Shown: piece by piece, positions 37,119-47,085 of the stretch
How positions within the stretch are numbered: the stretch's first letter is position 1
Layout: every line of letters begins with the position of its first letter
NCBI GenBank assembly: GCA_030658975.1
Contig: JAUSBL010000052.1
Location: forward strand, 42,954-106,953
DNA from: Candidatus Latescibacterota bacterium
Lineage (GTDB): Bacteria; Krumholzibacteriota; Krumholzibacteriia; LZORAL124-64-63
DNA length: 64,000 nt
Direction of reading: 5' to 3'
Translations under genes and position numbers: made by a program
The notes under the pieces: generated by a model
The model's database searches: none
What the model saw: only the letters and a program-made list of their open reading frames with translations
Told to the model about the DNA's origin: nothing

Positions 37119-39002
37119 TCACTTCAGGTAGAGCGTCTTGCCGCGCAGGGTCTCGCGCTCCGCGCCGGTCTCCGGATCCACCATCTGCAGGCGGTACAGG
37201 TACACGCCCGCGGCATGGTCGCCGCCCTCGAACAGCGGGACCGCGTGTTCGCCGCCGCCCTGGACGCCGAGCCGGCGGCGCTCGATCGACCGGCCCATGA
37301 CGTCGTAGACCTCGAACGTCACCTGGCTGCTCTGCGGCATGGAGTACATGATCACCGGACGGGACGTGGCGTTCATCGCCTGCCGCGCCGAGGCGTAGCC
37401 CCCGTCCTGCCCGCCGTCGTTCACGCCCGTCGTGCCCCCGGCGAGGTGCGCCCAGGCGGCGCAGCAGGTGCCCTCGTACTCGCGGTACCACCAGGTGCGC
37501 GTGCCGTAGCTGTCGGTGGCGGGGAGGAACGAGTCGCCGTCGAGCACGGTGAGGCCCGGGAAGAACGCGCGGTCGCCCAGACCGCTGGGGTAGCCCAGGG
37601 CCGTGAGGTCGATCGCGAGCTCGGCCGTGTAGCCGGTGTCGGGCTCGAGGCCGAGCGTGTCGACCGTCGTGCCGGCCATCAGGGACACGGCGACCTGGGC
37701 GGTCGTCTCGGCCACCATGCTGGCCAGGTAGTCCTGAGGCACCGCGGCGCCATTGGCGCCGACCTGGAACGCCAGGCGCCGCCCGATGAGGTTGTTGTCG
37801 CCGCCGCGGTTGTCGCGGTCGTTGATCGTGAGCAGCAGGCCGTCCCAGCGGTTGAACTCGGGGTGGTACTGGACCACCATGTCGCGGGCTTCGAGGCCCA
37901 CGTAGAGCATGTCGCCCTTGACGTACATCTTGACCGTGGCGTCGGCGGGATCCAGCACGAAGGCCGTGCCGCCGTTCACCGGCGGCTGGTACTCGCCGGC
38001 GCGGGCGGACGCGACGCCGGGATAGCTCTCGCGCAGCGCGTCGTCGCCGTGGCGGATGTCGACCGAGAAGATGCCGGCATCGCTCCAGGCGGCCTCGTTC
38101 AGGACGCCGTCGATCGTCGGGGTGGCGTTGATCTCGCTGATGACGAACTCGGGCTCGATGACCGGCACGGGGCCCGACGCGGTCGTCACGTCGGGGCTCG
38201 CGTGGATGCGGACCTCGTTGTACCACGCGGTGTTGCCCCAGGGGCCCTGCCACCAGACGCGGGCGGCGCTGAAGCGCAGCGGGTCGATCGGCCAGAACCA
38301 GTCGCAGTCGTAGACCGAGACGTTCCACTCCACGATGTCGCCGCCGGGCTGCGTCACGTCGTAGCCCATGACGGCCAGGTCGAAGCGCATCTCGACGGTG
38401 TAGCCCGTGTCGTCGACCGTGTCGCTGTTCTTGATCCCGTGGACGACGGTGACGGCGTCCCAGGCCGCGATCTGCTCCGGCGTGCGGGGCACGGCGGGAT
38501 CGAAGCTGCCCCAGCGGCCGTAGAACCTCGGCTGCTGCGTGGACGGCTGCGGGTCGGGGGCGCCGCCGAGGTTCCAGAAGGCGTACACGTATTCGGCGAC
38601 GGGTTTGTAGGTGCCCAGGACGGCGTGGTCCTTGAGGCCCATGATGAAGCCGTCGAAACGGTTGAACTCCACCGAGCCGCCCACGGACTTGTCCTGCACC
38701 TCGAAGCCGACGTAGAGCTGGTTGCCGTTGACCAGGAACTTCATGTTCGCGACGGTGACGTCGACGGGCGGCCAGCCGGCCTCCATCTTCCAGCCGCTGC
38801 CGGGGACGCCGGCGTCGAGGCCGAACTCGATCGTCTTGGACTCGGCGGCGGCCCAGGCGGCCTCGTTCAGCACGCCGTCGAGCGTGATCGGAGCGGACGT
38901 GGTCCGGGCCCAGATGACGTCCTCGCGGACGGCCTGCGCCTGGACGGCGGCGGCGGACAGGCACGCCGCGGCCACCAGCAACAACATGGTCATGCGTTTC
39001 AC
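37119..39002 (-). CDS. Secreted protein with two CBM9/DOMON-like domains and a T9SS/FlgD-like CTD
   Basis: Internal duplication: PITLDGVLNEAAW/PTIDGVLNEAAW, EFNRFDG/EFNRWDG, DTGYTVEMRFDL/DTGYTAELAIDL. CTD VYDVMGR...AAGVYLYRL...GKTLYLK. GTG 39002 with GGAGG. Confidence 0.78.
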   Translation of the reverse strand: MKRMTMLLLVAAACLSAAAVQAQAVREDVIWARTTSAPITLDGVLNEAAWAAAESKTIEFGLDAGVPGSGWKMEAGWPPVDVTVANMKFLVNGNQLYVGFEVQDKSVGGSVEFNRFDGFIMGLKDHAVLGTYKPVAEYVYAFWNLGGAPDPQPSTQQPRFYGRWGSFDPAVPRTPEQIAAWDAVTVVHGIKNSDTVDDTGYTVEMRFDLAVMGYDVTQPGGDIVEWNVSVYDCDWFWPIDPLRFSAARVWWQGPWGNTAWYNEVRIHASPDVTTASGPVPVIEPEFVISEINATPTIDGVLNEAAWSDAGIFSVDIRHGDDALRESYPGVASARAGEYQPPVNGGTAFVLDPADATVKMYVKGDMLYVGLEARDMVVQYHPEFNRWDGLLLTINDRDNRGGDNNLIGRRLAFQVGANGAAVPQDYLASMVAETTAQVAVSLMAGTTVDTLGLEPDTGYTAELAIDLTALGYPSGLGDRAFFPGLTVLDGDSFLPATDSYGTRTWWYREYEGTCCAAWAHLAGGTTGVNDGGQDGGYASARQAMNATSRPVIMYSMPQSSQVTFEVYDVMGRSIERRRLGVQGGGEHAVPLFEGGDHAAGVYLYRLQMVDPETGAERETLRGKTLYLK

Positions 39003-39049
39003 GGTAGGTACCTCCAGGGTGTCGGCGACGTTGGCGTGACGATTGGGGA

Positions 39050-40099
39050 TCATCGCTGTTGGTTCGTTTCGGGTCCGGCCGGGGTGTTCGTCGCCACCGC
39101 CGGGCGGGCCCCGCAGGAGCTGCGCACTTTCAAGATAACATCGATCGTCTGGACCGTAACTTTTCCGCCCTCGGGATCGGCCAGGGTGTCGAGCATGAGC
39201 CGCACGGCCTTCTGGCCGAGGGCGTAGGCGTCGACGTGGACGGTGGTCAGGGGGGGGCGCATGTACTGGGCCATCGTGATGTTGTCGAAGCCGACGACCG
39301 CCACGTCGTGCGGCACCGACAGCCCGGCGTTGCCCAGGGCGCTCATCAGGCCGATGGCCATGCAGTCGTTGGCCGCGAAGACGGCGGTCGGCCGCGGCCG
39401 CCGGTCCAGCAGGGCCGCGGCGGCGGCATAGCCGGAGGATTCCCGGAAATCGCCCTGGACCACGAATTCGTCGCGGGGCTGGATCCCGGCCTCCAGCAGG
39501 CCGCGGCGGTAGCCGCGCAGGCGCTCCTCGGCGTCGACGTTGCCCGCCGGCCCGGCGACCATCGCGATCTCGCGGTGTCCGAGCCCGACCAGGTGGGCCA
39601 CGGCGGCGCGGGCGCCCGAGAAGCTGGCGATGGACACGGAACTGCAGCCGTCGACGGCAAACGGCGGGCTGATCAGCACCACCGGCAGGCGGCGGCGGAT
39701 CCTGGCGACCGATTCGACGGTGATGCTGTCGGGGGCCATCATGACCAGGCCGTCGATGCGGCCGCGCATGGCGCGCGTGGCCGCCAGGACGTCCTCGACG
39801 CTGGCGTGGGAGCCGGAGACCAGGGTCTGGTACTTCTCGCGCTTGGCGAGCTGGTCGATGCCGCGGATGACTTCGGAGAAGAAATCCCCGTAGAGGTCGG
39901 GGAGCAGGACGCCGAGAGTGCTGGTGCGGTTGGTGGTCAGGCTGCGGGCGGCGCCGTTGGGCCAGTAATCGAGGGCCGAAGCCGCCGCCCAGACCTGCAG
40001 CGCGGTGTCCTCATTGACGGCGGTGTTGCCGTTGAAGACACGCGATACGGTGGCGATCGACACTCCGGCTGTCTTGGCGACATCTCGGATCGTGGCCAT
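39050..40099 (-). CDS. LacI-family transcriptional regulator
   Basis: MATIRDVAKTAGVSIATVSRVFN HTH, YWPNGAARSL, PTAVFAAND, VPHDVAVVGFDN, PPLTTV. Confidence 0.95.
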   Translation of the reverse strand: MATIRDVAKTAGVSIATVSRVFNGNTAVNEDTALQVWAAASALDYWPNGAARSLTTNRTSTLGVLLPDLYGDFFSEVIRGIDQLAKREKYQTLVSGSHASVEDVLAATRAMRGRIDGLVMMAPDSITVESVARIRRRLPVVLISPPFAVDGCSSVSIASFSGARAAVAHLVGLGHREIAMVAGPAGNVDAEERLRGYRRGLLEAGIQPRDEFVVQGDFRESSGYAAAAALLDRRPRPTAVFAANDCMAIGLMSALGNAGLSVPHDVAVVGFDNITMAQYMRPPLTTVHVDAYALGQKAVRLMLDTLADPEGGKVTVQTIDVILKVRSSCGARPAVATNTPAGPETNQQR

Positions 40100-40201
40100 C
40101 AATCTTCTCCCGCCAACGCCTCCTGCATTGCGTCCGCACGCGCTCCCTCTCTGGCGTGCGCCCTGGCGATCCGCGCACAGGATGTGGTTTCCGTGTGCGC
40201 C

Positions 40202-40217
40202 ATGTAAACGGTTTCAT
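40202..40217. promoter_or_regulatory. LacI-type operator in the divergent promoter region
   Basis: ATGTAAACGGTTTCAT fits the LacI/cre-type consensus TGnAAnCGnTTnCA, about 100 bp upstream of the lacI-family gene. Confidence 0.75.
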
Positions 40218-40230
40218 AAATTCAACCACG

Positions 40231-40250
40231 TGTCAACCCCCCAATTGACA
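40231..40250. promoter_or_regulatory. Back-to-back -35 hexamers of divergent promoters
   Basis: TGTCAA (TTGACA on minus) at 40231-40236 and TTGACA at 40245-40250 in an AT-rich gap. The -10 boxes are weak; the leftward one would overlap the operator. Confidence 0.45.
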
Positions 40251-40340
40251 AATGGGCTGAAATCACCTAATCGTTGCCATGGATCCGAGGGGACCAGGAC
40301 CGATCCGCCTCGCCGTACCCCGCACAGAGAGAAGCCGCAG

Positions 40341-43300
40341 ATGGCCGAAGGTCGGTTGCCCCGAATTCCGGACCCCCGCCGGCCCACCCCGCCCGCCGCT
40401 CTGCTGGCCGCCGCCGGCACGACCACCCTGATCACGGCCCACGGGACCGGTTTCACGGCCCGAAATGGTGTGAATCTGACTCTTTGGCGGGGCGATCACG
40501 TCACCGATCGTGATGGATGGTTCTTCTATATCAGGGATCGTGAGACTTTCGACCACTGGATCCTGGGCATACCCGGGCCGTACGGGTCGTTATCGGTCCG
40601 GCGGGCCATCCGCGAGCCGGGTGTCTTCACGATCGAGCACGAGCAGGCCGGAGTCGCCGCCCGCCTGGAGGTCTGCATCGCTCCGGACGGCTGCGAGGTC
40701 CGGCGCGTCACGCTGACCAACCGTTCCGGTCAGCGCCGCTGGCTGGACCTGACCACCGCCGCCGAGGTCGTCCTGGCGCCCGCGGCGGCCCACGCCTCGC
40801 ACCCCGTCTTTTCCAACCTGTTCCTGCAGACGGAGTTCGACGCGGAGTCGCGATCCCTGCTGGTCCGTCGCCGACCCCGGGGAGCGGACGAGATCCCGCC
40901 CTGGCTGGTCCTGGCCGACCTGGGGGACGACCTGCCCGAGTACGAGACGGACCGCCACCGCTTCCTCGGCCGCGGCCGCAACCTGTTGCAGCCGGCGGCG
41001 TTGAACACCTCCGGACCGCTTTCCGGCACGACGGGCAACGTGCTGGACCCCGTGATCGCGCTACGGCGGACACTGACCCTCGACCCCGACGAGAGCGTCA
41101 GCTGCAGCTTCCTGCTGGGCGCCGCCCGGGACCGCGACGCGGCTCTGGCCCTGGTCGTCGATCGGGCCGGCCGGCGCAGCGCGGCGACCACTTTCGCCGG
41201 CGCCCGGGAACAGGCGCGCCTGGACCTGCGGTCGGCCGGACTGACGACGGCGGAAGCCTCTTACCTGCAGGATCTGGCCGGTGCGATGCTGTACGGGGAC
41301 CCGCGGTTGCGGGCCGCGCCGGAAGCCCTCGCGCGCGCCACCGCCGGGCCTGAGGATCTCGACCGGCTCGGGCTGGACGGCGATCCGCTCGGGGTCGTGC
41401 TGGACGCGCGGTCCGGCGTGGACCCGGTCCTGCGGGCGAAGCTGCGCGCGGCGGTCCGCTACTGGCGGACCCTCGGCCTGGAGACGACGCTGATCGAACT
41501 GGCTGCCGGAGGGACCGCCGACGGCGACGTGGACGGCGTCAGGACGATCCCCCCCGGCGATCTGAGCTCCGGCGACCTCGACCTCGTCCTGGCCCGCGCC
41601 CGCCTGGTGGTGCGCGACCGGCTGCCCGATCTCGCCGTGGCCCCGGCCGAGCCCGCCGCCGTCGCGGCCTGGCCCCGCGCCGCGACGACCCACGCCGCGC
41701 CGCCGCCGCTGCCGGATGCCGCCGCCTCGCTGAAGTACTGGAACGGCTTCGGCGGCTTCGCGCCGGACGGGCGCGAGTACGTGATCCGGCTCGTCCGCGG
41801 ACGCGACGGCCGCCTGGTCCTGCCGCCCCAACCCTGGGTCAACGTGGTGGCGAACGAGGCGTTCGGTTTCCTGGTCGGCGAGACCGGCGCCGGCGCCGTC
41901 TGGAGCGTCAACAGCCGCCAGCGCCGGCTGACGCCCTGGGCGAACGATCCGGTCGGCGATCCCCACGACGAATCGTTCTTCGTGCGCGACGAGGACGACG
42001 GCGTCTTCTGGTCCTGCCTGCCTGGACCCCGGCCCGGCGAGGGCGACTACGAGATGCGCCACGGCTTCGGATACAGCCGCTGCCTCCACGAGAGCCGCGG
42101 TCTGGCCCTCGACACGCTGCTGTTCGTAGCGCGCGACAAGCCGGTGCGCTTCGTCCGCGTCGGCGTGACCAACCGCGGCCCGTCGCTGCGCCGGCTGTCC
42201 GTCTTCGCCCACAGCCGCCTGGTCCTGGGCGACCGCCCCGCGTCCGACGGCCGCCAGGTGGTGACCGGGCGCGGCGACACCGACGGCCTGCTGTTCGCGC
42301 GCAACCGCCAGGCCGGCGCGCACGCGCAGCGGACGGTGTTCGGCGCCGTCATCGCCGGCGAGACCGCGCATCTGCGCGCCTGCGGCGACCGCGCCTCCTT
42401 CCTGGGCGACGGCGGCGCTCCCTCCGACCCGGAGGTCCTGCGCCGCGGCGATCTCGAGGGCCGGGTCGGCGCGGGCCTCGACGCCTGCTTCACGCACCAG
42501 GCCACCTTCGAACTGAAGCCCGGCGAAAGCCTCGACGTCGTGGTGCTGTTGGGAGACGCCGCGGACGCCGACGGCGCGCGCGACCTGGCCGCCGCGATGG
42601 CCGCCGACGGCGCCTGGCGCCGCGAATTCGCCGCCGTCGACGGCTTCTGGCGCGGGCTGCTGTCCGCCGTGCAGGTCTCGACCCCCGCGCCGGCGCTGGA
42701 CCTGATGGTCAACGGCTGGCTGCCTTACCAGACGCTGTCGTGCCGGATCTGGGGCCGCACGGCGCTGTACCAGTCCGGCGGCGCCTTCGGCTTCCGCGAC
42801 CAGTTGCAGGACGCCTCGTCGCTGGCGCCGCTGTGGCCCGCGGCGCTGCGCGGACAGATCCTGCTGCACGCCGGTCACCAGTTCCGCGAAGGCGACGTGC
42901 TGCACTGGTGGCACACCCCCGACGACCGCGGGCTGCGCACCCGCTTCGCCGACGACCTGCTGTGGCTGCCCCTGCTGGCCGCCGACTACGTGCGCGCCAC
43001 CGGGGACCGCGGCGTGATGGCCGCGGTCGCGCCGTTCCTCGACGCGCCGGCGCTGGACCCCGGCGAGGACGAGCGCTTCGTGAAGGCCGTGCCGTCCGGC
43101 GAGAGCGCCGACCTCTACGACCACTGCTGCCGCGCCCTGGATCGCTCCCTGGCCGTCGGCGCGCACGGCCTGCCGCTGTTCGGCTGCGGCGACTGGAACG
43201 ACGGCATGAACCGCGTCGGCCGCGAGGGCCGCGGCGAGAGCGTGTGGATGGCGTTCTTCCTCTGCGCGGTCATCGAGGCGTTCGCGCCGTTCTGCGACGA

Positions 43301-44195
43301 GCGCGGAGACGACGTCCGCGCCCGCCGCTACCGCGATCACGCCGCGCGCCTGCGCGAGTCCGTCGAGCACGACGGCTGGGACGGCGCCTGGTACCGCCGC
43401 GGCTACTACGACGACGGCGCGCCGCTCGGCACCGCCGGCGACAGCGAGTGCCGCATCGACGCCCTGGCCCAGTCCTGGTCGGTGCTCTCCGGCGCCGCGC
43501 GCCCCGATCGCGCCGCCGCCGCGCTCGACGCGGTGGAGCGGCACCTCGTGGACGAGGAGCATGGCCTGATCCGCCTGCTCGCGCCGCCCTTCGTCGACAC
43601 GCCCCACGACCCCGGCTACATCAAGGGCTACGTCGCGGGCGTGCGCGAGAACGGCGGCCAGTACACGCACGCCGCCCTGTGGTACGTGCGCGCCGTGGCC
43701 GAGGCCGGCCGCAACAACCGCGCCCTGGCCCTGCTGGAGGCGATCAACCCGGTCAACTTGTCCGACACCGCGGCCCGCGTCGCCGTCTACCAGGTCGAAC
43801 CCTACGTCGTCGCCGCGGACGTCTACGGCGCGGCGCCTCACGTCGGCCGCGGCGGCTGGACCTGGTACACCGGCTCCTCGGGCTGGATGCACCGCACCGC
43901 CCTGGAGTCGATCCTGGGCTTCCGGCTCGCGGGCGGCGACGCGTTCGAGCTGCGCCCGTGCGTGCCCGACGACTGGCCGCGCTACGGGATCGCCTGGCGC
44001 GCGCCGGATGGCGCGACGACCTACGACATCGAGGTGCTCAATCCCGACGGCCGCGCCCGCGGCGTGGTCGCCGCCACGCTCGACGGCGCGCCGCTGGCCT
44101 GCACGAACGGCGGCGTCCGCGTGCCGGTCGCGTGCGACGGTCGCGCCCACCGCGTCGAGGCGATCCTCGGCGACGTCCCCGGGAGCGCGTCGTGA
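40341..44195 (+). CDS. GH94 phosphorylase resembling the C-terminal half of cyclic beta-1,2-glucan synthetase (NdvB/Cgs)
   Basis: Two GH94 N-domains (AHASHPVFSNLF, ETDRHRFLGRG, PQPWVNVVAN, RLTPWANDPVGD) and catalytic-domain motifs YQSGGAFGFRDQLQD, GDWNDGMN, RENGGQYTHAA, GRGGWTWYTGS. ATG 40341. Confidence 0.92.
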   Translation: MAEGRLPRIPDPRRPTPPAALLAAAGTTTLITAHGTGFTARNGVNLTLWRGDHVTDRDGWFFYIRDRETFDHWILGIPGPYGSLSVRRAIREPGVFTIEHEQAGVAARLEVCIAPDGCEVRRVTLTNRSGQRRWLDLTTAAEVVLAPAAAHASHPVFSNLFLQTEFDAESRSLLVRRRPRGADEIPPWLVLADLGDDLPEYETDRHRFLGRGRNLLQPAALNTSGPLSGTTGNVLDPVIALRRTLTLDPDESVSCSFLLGAARDRDAALALVVDRAGRRSAATTFAGAREQARLDLRSAGLTTAEASYLQDLAGAMLYGDPRLRAAPEALARATAGPEDLDRLGLDGDPLGVVLDARSGVDPVLRAKLRAAVRYWRTLGLETTLIELAAGGTADGDVDGVRTIPPGDLSSGDLDLVLARARLVVRDRLPDLAVAPAEPAAVAAWPRAATTHAAPPPLPDAAASLKYWNGFGGFAPDGREYVIRLVRGRDGRLVLPPQPWVNVVANEAFGFLVGETGAGAVWSVNSRQRRLTPWANDPVGDPHDESFFVRDEDDGVFWSCLPGPRPGEGDYEMRHGFGYSRCLHESRGLALDTLLFVARDKPVRFVRVGVTNRGPSLRRLSVFAHSRLVLGDRPASDGRQVVTGRGDTDGLLFARNRQAGAHAQRTVFGAVIAGETAHLRACGDRASFLGDGGAPSDPEVLRRGDLEGRVGAGLDACFTHQATFELKPGESLDVVVLLGDAADADGARDLAAAMAADGAWRREFAAVDGFWRGLLSAVQVSTPAPALDLMVNGWLPYQTLSCRIWGRTALYQSGGAFGFRDQLQDASSLAPLWPAALRGQILLHAGHQFREGDVLHWWHTPDDRGLRTRFADDLLWLPLLAADYVRATGDRGVMAAVAPFLDAPALDPGEDERFVKAVPSGESADLYDHCCRALDRSLAVGAHGLPLFGCGDWNDGMNRVGREGRGESVWMAFFLCAVIEAFAPFCDERGDDVRARRYRDHAARLRESVEHDGWDGAWYRRGYYDDGAPLGTAGDSECRIDALAQSWSVLSGAARPDRAAAALDAVERHLVDEEHGLIRLLAPPFVDTPHDPGYIKGYVAGVRENGGQYTHAALWYVRAVAEAGRNNRALALLEAINPVNLSDTAARVAVYQVEPYVVAADVYGAAPHVGRGGWTWYTGSSGWMHRTALESILGFRLAGGDAFELRPCVPDDWPRYGIAWRAPDGATTYDIEVLNPDGRARGVVAATLDGAPLACTNGGVRVPVACDGRAHRVEAILGDVPGSAS

Positions 44196-45562
44196 CGCCC
44201 GGGAATGGTTTCCCCGCCGGCTTCCTGTGGGGCGCGGCCACCTCGGCCTACCAGATCGAGGGCTCGCCGCTGGCCGACGGCGCCGGCCCGAGCAACTGGC
44301 ACGTCTTCTCGCACACGCCCGGCTGCACCCACGACGGCGACACCGGCGACGTCGCCTGCGACCACTACCGCCTCTGGCGGCAGGACCTGGACCTGATGGC
44401 CGGGATGGGCCTGAACGCCTACCGCTTCAGCGTCGCCTGGAGCCGCGTGCAGCCCGACGGCCGCGGTGCGGTCAATCCCGCCGGCCTCGCCTTCTACGAC
44501 CGGCTCGTCGACGCCCTGCTCGAGCGCAGCCTGGCGCCGAACCTGACGCTGTACCACTGGGACCTGCCGGCGGCGCTCGAGGAAGCCGGCGGCTGGACGA
44601 ACCCGGAGATCGTGGACCGCTTCGCGCAGTACGCGCGCATCCTCGCCCGCGCGCTCGGCGACCGCGTGGCCATGTGGTCGACGCTGAACGAGCCGTGGGT
44701 CGTGGTCAACGCCGGCTACCTGCACGGTGTCCACGCGCCCGGCCGCCGCGACCCCGCCGCGGCCATGCGCGCCGCGCACCACCTGCTGCTGGGCCACGGC
44801 GCCGCGGTGCGCGCAGTGCGCGATGAGTCGCCGCGCGCCAGGGTCGGCATCGTCGTCAACATCGAGCCGAAGTACCCCGCCAGCACCGATCCGGCCGACG
44901 TGGCCGCGACCGCCCGCGCGGACGCCGCCATGAACCGCCTGTACCTCGATCCGCTGCTGCTCGGGCGTTACCCCGAGGAGATGCCCGCGATCTACGGCGA
45001 CGCCTGGCCCGATCACCCGGCGGGCGACTTCGCCCTGATCCGCGAGCCGCTCGACTTCCTGGGCGTCAACTACTACACCCGCGCCGTGGTGCGCCACGAC
45101 GACGACGTGCCCTTCCTGCGCGCCGCGCCCGTGCCCCAGCCGGATGTCGAGCACACGGACCTGGCCTGGGAGGTCCACCCCGCGAGCCTGACCCGCACGC
45201 TGCTCTGGCTCCGGGAACGTTACGGGAGCATCCCCCTGTACATCACCGAGAACGGCGCGGCCTTTCCCGACCCGGACACGTCCCCCCCCGAAGGGCTGGA
45301 CGACCGGCGCCGGGTCGCCTACTTCCGGGGTCACCTGCGCGCGCTGCGCGAGGCGATCGCCCACGGCTCCGACGTGCGCGGCTACTTCGCCTGGTCGCTG
45401 CTGGACAACTTCGAGTGGGCCTGCGGCTACGCCAAGCGCTTCGGCATCGTCCACGTGGACTTCGCCACGCAGATGCGCACGCCCAAGGCCAGCGCGCGCT
45501 ACTACGCCGAGGTGGTCCGCACCAACGGCGCCGAGTTCGACGCACCGGAGGTGCCGCAATGA
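44192..45562 (+). CDS. GH1 beta-glucosidase
   Basis: FLWGAATSAYQIEG, DVACDHY, YRFSVAWSR, TLYHWDLP, TLNEP (acid/base), YITENG (nucleophile), WSLLDNFEW. GTG 44192 overlaps the GH94 stop. Confidence 0.96.
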   Translation: MTPGNGFPAGFLWGAATSAYQIEGSPLADGAGPSNWHVFSHTPGCTHDGDTGDVACDHYRLWRQDLDLMAGMGLNAYRFSVAWSRVQPDGRGAVNPAGLAFYDRLVDALLERSLAPNLTLYHWDLPAALEEAGGWTNPEIVDRFAQYARILARALGDRVAMWSTLNEPWVVVNAGYLHGVHAPGRRDPAAAMRAAHHLLLGHGAAVRAVRDESPRARVGIVVNIEPKYPASTDPADVAATARADAAMNRLYLDPLLLGRYPEEMPAIYGDAWPDHPAGDFALIREPLDFLGVNYYTRAVVRHDDDVPFLRAAPVPQPDVEHTDLAWEVHPASLTRTLLWLRERYGSIPLYITENGAAFPDPDTSPPEGLDDRRRVAYFRGHLRALREAIAHGSDVRGYFAWSLLDNFEWACGYAKRFGIVHVDFATQMRTPKASARYYAEVVRTNGAEFDAPEVPQ

Positions 45563-46353
45563 AACGCTGGCTGCTGGCGGGAGGCCTGATCATGACGCTG
45601 TTCAACGCCGCGCTCACGGCGGCCGGCGGCCACGCCACCGGTTTCCTCGACCGCACCCTGACGCGGGACGGACGGGCCCACCGCTACCAGGTGTTCGTGC
45701 CGGCGGATTTCACGCCGGACCGCGCCTGGCCCGTGATCCTGTTCCTGCACGGCAGCGGCGAGCGCGGCGACGACGGAATGCGCCAGACGCAGGTCGGCCT
45801 TCCGGCGGCGATCCGCTGGAGCCGCGAGCGCTTCGAGGCGATCGTGGTGCTGCCCCAGCTGCCGGCCGACCGCACCTGGACCGGGGACATGGCGTCGCTG
45901 GCCCTGGCGACGCTCGACGCGGCCGTCGCCGAATTCCACGGCGATGAGGACCGGCTCTACCTGACCGGGCTGTCGCTCGGCGGCTACGGCACGTGGCTGC
46001 TGGCGGCCGAGCATCCCGGAAGGTTCGCGGCGATCGCGCCGGTGTGCGGGGGCATCGTGCCGCCGCCGGACAGGGTCTCCTCGGTGACGCAGCTGCCGCT
46101 GACCGTGGGTGCGGCCGATCCGTACGCGACGGCGGCGGCGCTGATCGGCGAGACGCCGACCTGGATCTTCCACGGGGCCGACGACACGGTGATCCCGCCG
46201 TCGGAGTCGCGGCGGATGGCCGAGGCGCTGAAGGCGACGGGCAACGAGGCACGGTTCACTGAGTTCCCGGGCGTGGGGCACGGGGCGTGGGATCCGGCTT
46301 ATGGGAGCGCGGAGCTTTGGGCTTGGATGTTCGCGCAGCAGCGGGGAGACTGA
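45559..46353 (+). CDS. Secreted alpha/beta-hydrolase (esterase/peptidase, CE1-like)
   Basis: Signal peptide; PVILFLHGSGERG, YLTGLSLGGYG (GxSxG), WIFHGADD, GVGHGAW. ATGA coupling to GH1. Confidence 0.88.
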   Translation: MKRWLLAGGLIMTLFNAALTAAGGHATGFLDRTLTRDGRAHRYQVFVPADFTPDRAWPVILFLHGSGERGDDGMRQTQVGLPAAIRWSRERFEAIVVLPQLPADRTWTGDMASLALATLDAAVAEFHGDEDRLYLTGLSLGGYGTWLLAAEHPGRFAAIAPVCGGIVPPPDRVSSVTQLPLTVGAADPYATAAALIGETPTWIFHGADDTVIPPSESRRMAEALKATGNEARFTEFPGVGHGAWDPAYGSAELWAWMFAQQRGD

Positions 46354-46434
46354 CCCAAGGCACCTCATATGGCTAATATTGTATAGATTTCAAGATATCG
46401 CTGACTTTATGACGACGCGTTGGGTCCGACGCCG

Positions 46435-47085
46435 TCAACCGCGGGCTGCCAGGAAGCTCACGGCTTCGGCGACCGCCACCGCCGCCAGCAAACTCGCCAG
46501 CGTCCCCACCAGGAAATATTCCGCGAAATTGGAATCGTCGAACCGCTTGTGCCGCGCCAGCGCTTTCGCGGCGATGATGAAAGCCATGGCGGTGTATTCG
46601 CCTCTGGTGACGACGGCGTAGACCATCCAGCGCTCGAGGATGCCGATCGCTTCCCCCCGCCCCCCGGGCTCCGGACCGGCCGGCGGCGGCGTTCCCAGCC
46701 GCCTCAGCAATCCTCGCAAGATGCGCGTGGCGGGCTCCGCCAGAGCCAGGATCGCCGCAGTTGAGATCCACATCCTGTGCGGCGACGAACCTCCTGCGGA
46801 CAGCAGCGCGACGATTCCGGCTCCGCACGACGCGACGACGATCCAACCGAGGAGGCACCGACGCGCTTCGTCGCACATCACCAACGGACGCCAGACCACG
46901 ACGACAAGGGCGGCGAGCCCGACTGCCGGGATGAATCGCCACCACGTCGGGACCGACAACCAGCCCACGGCTGCCGCCGACACCAACACGATCACCAGGC
47001 CCGAAGCGACAGCAAGGCCGCGGCCCTGAAGTCGGACGAGATTGACGCCGAGCAACGTCGCCACCAGGGTCGGCCACAGGATCAA
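46435..47085 (-). CDS. DUF3307/SatE-like integral membrane protein
   Basis: Multi-TM; C-terminal GEAIGILERW...AAKALARH...AEYFLVGTLASL. TTG 47085 overlaps the SatD stop (TTGA), GAGG RBS. Confidence 0.75.
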   Translation of the reverse strand: MILWPTLVATLLGVNLVRLQGRGLAVASGLVIVLVSAAAVGWLSVPTWWRFIPAVGLAALVVVVWRPLVMCDEARRCLLGWIVVASCGAGIVALLSAGGSSPHRMWISTAAILALAEPATRILRGLLRRLGTPPPAGPEPGGRGEAIGILERWMVYAVVTRGEYTAMAFIIAAKALARHKRFDDSNFAEYFLVGTLASLLAAVAVAEAVSFLAARG

